Assembly: GCA_017550055.1 (NCBI GenBank)
Contig: JAFYMM010000160.1
Span: 1 to 30,500, forward strand
Direction of reading: 5' to 3'
Source: Paludibacteraceae bacterium
GTDB taxonomy: Bacteria > Bacteroidota > Bacteroidia > Bacteroidales > Paludibacteraceae
Length of the DNA: 30,500 bases
Shown in pieces: positions 27,401 through 30,500 of this stretch. Each line of letters starts with the position of its first letter. Positions within the stretch are counted from its first letter, which is position 1. Below the pieces are notes generated by a model. It was not told the origin of the DNA and did no database searches. It saw nothing but the letters and a program-made list of their open reading frames with translations. The translations under genes and the position numbers were made by a program.

Positions 27401-28917
27401 AGAACAATATTGAACTTAGCAGTAAAGTAAGCATCAAAAATCTGAAAATTGCAATGGAGACTCGCAATCCAAATATCGAGAAACCTGCGAAGAAAGTGGC
27501 AGATTTTACTGTGAGATTTTTGATGTTAGTGCGTCGCTTGCAAGTGTCGTATAAGGAGTCAAGTTCGTTGGTATTGCCTGGTTTCAATTATGGAGGTATG
27601 TTGTTTGGTCAGACTATGACTAATGATGTGATGACTCCTGGTCTCGATTTCTCATTTGGCGTTCCTCGTGAAGGTTATCTCGAAAAAGCAATGGAAAATG
27701 GTTGGCTTGTGATGAATGATTCGGTAATCAACCCATCGGCATATAATTTCTCTACCGACTTTGATGGCAAACTCTCGCTTGAGCCAATAGGAGGTTTGAA
27801 GATAGAGTTGAATTCAAAACGTGTTACGACCGACCAATCTACTATTCAGTATATGTTTGCTGGCATGCCAACCACGTTCAATGGTACCTTCCGCATGACC
27901 TACTGCATGTTAGGTTCTGCATTTTGGGGCAAAGGTAATGCCGAAAACAACTATCACAGCCGTGCCTTCGACCAATTCTTGGACAACCGTGAGGTCGTAG
28001 CTAATATTTTGCAACAACGCTACAATGGAACAATGTATCCAACCTATGGATTTATGGAAGAAACATCGTTGGCAGGCAAACGTTACGATGCCGAAAATGG
28101 TGTTTATAATATCAACTCGGCAGACGTGTTGATTCCTGCATTCATGGCGGCATATTCTAATCGTGATGTCAATAAACAGACGTTAGATATCTTCCCAAGT
28201 TTGTTGAGTATGTTGCCTAACTGGAGTGTTTCGTATGATGGATTGGGCAAAATAAAGGGCGTTGACAAATACTTCAAGTCTATCACCTTGAAGCATGCAT
28301 ATCAATGTACATACAATGTTGGTTCATATTCATCATATTCAAATTATGTTGAGAACGAAGATGGTCTTGGCTTTGTGCGCGATGTAGCGTCGGGCAATCC
28401 GGTGCCATCATCGGCGTATGACATTGCAAGTGTGAGCATCACCGAAAACCTCAATCCGCTCATTTCTGTCGATATGGCAATGAAAAATTCGATGACAGCC
28501 AAGTTAGAGTATAAGCAACAACGCAATCTTACGCTCAATATTGCTTCCAATCAATTGCTCGAAGCCTCTAACAATGAGTGGGTTGTTGGTGTTGGTTATA
28601 TTTTGAAGGACTTCGATATGATGCTCAAACTCAAAGAGACAACTAAGAAAGTGAAGAACGACCTTACTCTTCGCCTCGACTTCTCGTTCAAAGACATCTC
28701 TACTTTATTGCGTAAACTCGATTCTATCGAAGATACACAAGCCACATCGGGCAATAAAACACTGACTGTTAAATTTATGGCTGAGTATGTGTTCAGTTCT
28801 AAGTTGAATTTCCGTTTCTTCTGCGACCACCAAACCAACCGACCATACATTTCAACATCATACCCAATGTCGAATACCAACGTAGGTGTGAGCATCAAGT
28901 TTATGTTGACAAGATAG
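21439..28917 (+). CDS. sprA: Type IX secretion system translocon SprA (Sov)
   Basis: 2492 aa from GTG; LFGPGGV, FDFDENIQLSV, WGGMMRK, IEYLEFWMMDPF, QFKIPV, SIRFMRMFMT and WVNELRL motifs; position after ruvA is as in other Bacteroidota. Confidence 0.95.
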   Translation: MNFFQKIVVLAFCSGLVLGVVEPLWAIGQDVVTDDEVPYYNVEAHQDYMYDPVPAPESATRVKQLGGQQSTVNSQQSVVDVLQEDAPMDLKDPSNVETKIEYDPETGNYIVRTMMGDEELVSAFTLTPDEYKQMSLKKQMGAYWAEKNKKAAENYEDKFNITDMKFSLGPAEKLFGPGGVQVKTQGSAELTFGIKHNNVQNYSLAERLRKTTTFDFDENIQLSVNATVGDKIGFTMNYNTEATFDFDQQLLKLNYQGKEDEIIKSIDLGNVSLPLNSSLIKGNSALFGLKTELQFGKLSVTAVASQQQSETKHVNSKGGSQLMDFEVAIDNYDENKHFFLAHYFRDTYDQNMSKLPHIMSGVTITRCEVWVTNKRGNFEQARNIVAFMDLAEGVRVDNNHWNTYGAMQPDNAANSLYDEVKALEGVRDIQSCNSVLDVAYNSYDIFGGQDYEKIESARRLESSEYTLNSQLGFISLRQALNNDEVLAVAFEYTYNGKTYQVGEFSTDGIDAPKALIVKLLKGTATSPQTALWDLMMKNIYYLGGNQVQQEKFKLNIQYKNDSSGVYVNYIPDGAIKNQLLVKVMNLDRLDSRNEPMPDGQFDFVEGYTVYSSTGRVIFPVVEPFGEHLRKMIGNDAIADKYCFQELYDSTKIVAQELTEKNKFRLSGKYQASSGSVIRLNAMNVPRGSVVVTAGGQTLTENVDYTVDYTMGTVTILNQAILSSGNNIDVQLESQSMFNMQRKTLVGAHAEYAFTKDFSVGGTIMHLSEMPLVVKTEMGSEPIANTLWGLNAAYRGDVAWLTKGIDAVPGINATAPSNVVFNAEFAHMIPGHKKVDNNPGYAYLDDFESTETTIDLRYPYYWHLASTPSDPTSGALFPEAIKTSNTEYGMNRALFNWFTIDNTAFNRSNSQTPEHIRRNKDLQSNHLTREVKEQELFPNRDAILGQSSYLPVLNVSFYPSERGPYNLDLNVNPLTGELLNPEKRWGGMMRKIETSDFETANIEYLEFWMMDPFVNDTVGSHEGGDLYFNLGDISEDILKDGKKFFENGLPGNGDTTATDRTVWGRVPRIQSTVLAFDGDLNARGYQDVGYNGLRTEDEFEFDTYKKFVSDLKGVLSQSAIDELMKDKFSALNDPASDNYHHYRGSDYDDEELTILERYKRYNAPEGNSPASDLSDERYSTSATTVPNAEDINQDNTLNEYEKYYQYRVSLRKNDMEVGKNNIVNKIETEVTLANGKLSKVTWYQFKIPVRDYEKRIGSIRDFKSIRFMRMFMTNFKDDMHLRFGTLELVRGEWRGYNKDLFTIDNPPTSVASIDVTSVNIEENDNKEPVNYVLPPGVSRQTDPSQPQLTQQNEQAMLMKVLDLAPGDARAVYKNIMYDMRMYRRIQMFVHAEQIIGDASNLQDYETTVFIRLGSDHTQNYYEYEVPLKLTPAGHYNITEREKVWPEENMIDFPLDLLTTVKTNRNKRIKNTNGTMSTPFSEYDPEKPQNKVTVVGNPNLGDVQTMLIGVRNQSRTSKNVEVWVNELRLTDYDEDGGWAALANLAVNLSDVGSVSVAGRYETAGFGGIEETLQERRLDDYYLVNFAAQFDFGRFFPDKANVRVPVYYSYGVENSKPKYNPLDEDILLEDALDALGSKEERDSLLVLSATKNITESFNITNMKVDIKSKTPKIYDPANFSVSAAYTQTQDLDPEVERNSNRSYTGQFNYNFSTSPRAWEPFKNNDKLKKWKIIKDFNINYEPSLIALNINMSRRYSETQLRDLTGAMYVDYYDSKNSLLSFSKDFTWSRNFDFKYDLTKTLKFSLKTATNLRFDETQYSPVNKNFFPDEYENWRDTVAQSLAHGGRPLDYQQVFTASWDVPINKFPGLDFITAKGQYSATYNWNTGVEYADGVTLGNTISNLAMWQADGQMNFETLYNKSKYLKQINQKFSSRKSNKRQSKFTPKKFSQIVNLTDSVSLKVAHRLNSDNFDIIFTDASGRPVKVKYKVLDKNNIELSSKVSIKNLKIAMETRNPNIEKPAKKVADFTVRFLMLVRRLQVSYKESSSLVLPGFNYGGMLFGQTMTNDVMTPGLDFSFGVPREGYLEKAMENGWLVMNDSVINPSAYNFSTDFDGKLSLEPIGGLKIELNSKRVTTDQSTIQYMFAGMPTTFNGTFRMTYCMLGSAFWGKGNAENNYHSRAFDQFLDNREVVANILQQRYNGTMYPTYGFMEETSLAGKRYDAENGVYNINSADVLIPAFMAAYSNRDVNKQTLDIFPSLLSMLPNWSVSYDGLGKIKGVDKYFKSITLKHAYQCTYNVGSYSSYSNYVENEDGLGFVRDVASGNPVPSSAYDIASVSITENLNPLISVDMAMKNSMTAKLEYKQQRNLTLNIASNQLLEASNNEWVVGVGYILKDFDMMLKLKETTKKVKNDLTLRLDFSFKDISTLLRKLDSIEDTQATSGNKTLTVKFMAEYVFSSKLNFRFFCDHQTNRPYISTSYPMSNTNVGVSIKFMLTR

Positions 28918-28923
28918 TCACAG

Positions 28924-28963
28924 ATACCTTCAAGCAACCTTCAAGCAAGAAAACCGTCATTTT
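28924..28963 (+). repeat. Dispersed ~40-bp element; second copy at 5377-5416 (minus strand)
   Basis: ATACCTTCAAGCAACC-N7-AAGAAAACCGTCATTTT versus ATACCCTCAAGCAACC-N7-AAGAAAACCGCCATTTT (34/40 identical). Confidence 0.75.
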
Positions 28964-29054
28964 TTGGGGTTAACGACTAATGAGTCAGATTAAGGCGAAG
29001 CCAACTACATCAAAACAAAAATAAGAGTAATAAACAATTTAAAAGAATATAATT

Positions 29055-29726
29055 ATGCAAAAATCAGAATTTCAAAAGTATGCTACCAAACATCTTGGTA
29101 TGAACAGTTTGGCGTTGGAGCAATATATGGCTTCTAATAGTTATATCTCACCTTCAATTCTCGAAGAGCGTCAACTTAATGTAACTCAAATGGATGTATT
29201 CTCTCGTTTGATGATGGACCGTATAATCTTCCTTGGTACACCTATCGATGATTATGTGGCTAATGTAATTCAAGCGCAACTTCTCTTCCTCGATACATCA
29301 GATCCAGGCAAAGATATCTCTATTTATTTGAACTCTCCTGGTGGCTCTGTTCATGCAGGTTTGGGTATTTACGACACAATGCAATATATTAGCTCTGATG
29401 TTTCAACTATCTGTACAGGTATGGCTGCATCAATGGCTGCAGTATTGCTCGTAGCTGGCGAAAAAGGCAAACGCTCAGCATTGCCTCATTCACGTGTTAT
29501 GATTCATCAACCAATGGGCGGTATGCAAGGTCAAGCTTCTGACATGGAGATTAATTACAAACAAATTATGCTTCTTCGCGATGAGTTATATCAAATTATT
29601 TCTGACCATTCAGGACAATCTTTCGAAAAAATTATGAAAGACTCTGATCGTGACTATTGGATGACTTCTGCTGAAGCTCTCGAATATGGTATGATTGACC
29701 AAGTTCTCCGTCGCGAAAAAAAATAA
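29055..29726 (+). CDS. clpP: ATP-dependent Clp protease proteolytic subunit
   Basis: DVFSRLMMDRIIFLG, YLNSPGGSV, GMAASMA (catalytic Ser), MIHQP, DRDYWM. Confidence 0.97.
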   Translation: MQKSEFQKYATKHLGMNSLALEQYMASNSYISPSILEERQLNVTQMDVFSRLMMDRIIFLGTPIDDYVANVIQAQLLFLDTSDPGKDISIYLNSPGGSVHAGLGIYDTMQYISSDVSTICTGMAASMAAVLLVAGEKGKRSALPHSRVMIHQPMGGMQGQASDMEINYKQIMLLRDELYQIISDHSGQSFEKIMKDSDRDYWMTSAEALEYGMIDQVLRREKK

Positions 29727-29750
29727 ATTTTTAATAGATGATGGTCGATG

Positions 29751-29775
29751 GTAGGGACGCACGGCTCGTGCGTCC
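29751..29775 (+). repeat. GTAG-type REP palindrome between clpP and clpX
   Basis: GTAG-GGACGCACG-GCT-CGTGCGTCC, with flanking GGTCGA/TCGACC able to extend the stem. Confidence 0.65.
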
Positions 29776-29826
29776 GTTCGACCTAAATGGTCGCCCTCCC
29801 TCCATTGACTATAGACATTTTATATA

Positions 29827-30500
29827 ATGGCAAAAAAGAATCAAAATGAACCACACTGTGGCTTTTGTGGGCGTTCGCAGAGCGAAGTGCCTCTATTGCT
29901 CACAGGCATTGGGTGTAATATATGTAGCGAGTGTGTCGAATTGGCGCATGGCGTTGTGGCTGATAATGTAAAGCACAATAAAAAACATAAAGGCGGTTTC
30001 AATCTTGACATTGAAGACCTTCCTCGTCCTCGCGAGATTAAAGAGTTTCTCGATCAATATGTTATTGGACAAGATGAGGCAAAAAAATATCTTTCAGTGG
30101 CGGTTTATAACCACTATAAACGAATATTGCAACCAAAAGATAATAACGATGTAGAAATCGAAAAATCTAATATCATATTGGTTGGTCGCACTGGTACAGG
30201 TAAAACTCTCTTGGCTAAATCAATAGCAAAAAAATTGCATGTTCCTTTTACTATTGTCGATGCGACTGTGTTGACCGAAGCTGGTTATGTAGGCGAAGAC
30301 ATCGAGTCTATCCTCACACGCCTCTTGCAAGCATGCGATTATGATGTCGAGGCTGCCGAGCGTGGTATTGTATTTATCGATGAAATCGACAAAATTGCCC
30401 GTAAAGGCGACAATCCGTCAATCACTCGCGATGTAAGTGGCGAAGGTGTGCAACAAGGACTTTTGAAGCTTCTCGAAGGCTCGGTTGTCAATGTTCCACC
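29827..30500 (+). CDS. clpX: ATP-dependent Clp protease ATP-binding subunit ClpX, partial (runs off the window)
   Basis: Manual translation: [17 protein letters not shown]...ICSECV (C4 zinc domain), [67 protein letters not shown]. Confidence 0.97.
   Translation, partial: MAKKNQNEPHCGFCGRSQSEVPLLLTGIGCNICSECVELAHGVVADNVKHNKKHKGGFNLDIEDLPRPREIKEFLDQYVIGQDEAKKYLSVAVYNHYKRILQPKDNNDVEIEKSNIILVGRTGTGKTLLAKSIAKKLHVPFTIVDATVLTEAGYVGEDIESILTRLLQACDYDVEAAERGIVFIDEIDKIARKGDNPSITRDVSGEGVQQGLLKLLEGSVVNVP

Noticed and set aside
28327-28354. dif-like sequence (…catattcaaattatgttgaga) in sprA
   Set aside because: CATA/TATG spacing is 7 rather than 8 nt and the XerD arm has 3 mismatches; 23136-23146 (ttatgtgaact) lacks a XerC arm
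21646-28937. Many 60-160 aa ORFs antisense to or overlapping sprA, glk, MFS, dpp4 and dnaX
   Set aside because: Shadow frames of well-supported genes with no motifs or independent promoters
30178-30210. ClpX Walker A GRTGTGKT variant
   Set aside because: The second position of the P-loop is variable among ClpX proteins

Overview
Bacteroidales (Bacteroidota) chromosomal core region, with no phage, IS transposase, CRISPR array, tRNA or rRNA detected. Genes in order: partial Fe-containing alcohol dehydrogenase (-, missing from the ORF track), MsbA-like ABC transporter (-), dnaX (+), a repeat-rich ~800 bp convergent spacer, then on the minus strand an LRR_5/BspA-like protein, rdgB, porZ, a DPP-IV-like S9 peptidase, an FucP/GluP-type MFS transporter, a ROK glucokinase and a DUF695 protein. 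On the plus strand follow an SDR/epimerase with a Zn-ribbon, a PCMD protein, ruvA, sprA (T9SS translocon), clpP and partial clpX (also missing from the track). The most notable signals: (1) a complete-looking -1 ribosomal frameshift cassette in dnaX that would make a ~372-aa gamma subunit; (2) a pervasive family of 7-bp tandem repeats that appears to have been recruited into signal peptides, protein linkers and promoter -33 boxes; (3) a 21-bp inverted-repeat pair resembling recombinase sites around a 133-bp segment; (4) a GC-skew and codon-usage switch inside sprA, suggesting proximity to the replication terminus. All counts and alignments were done by eye; no database searches were run.
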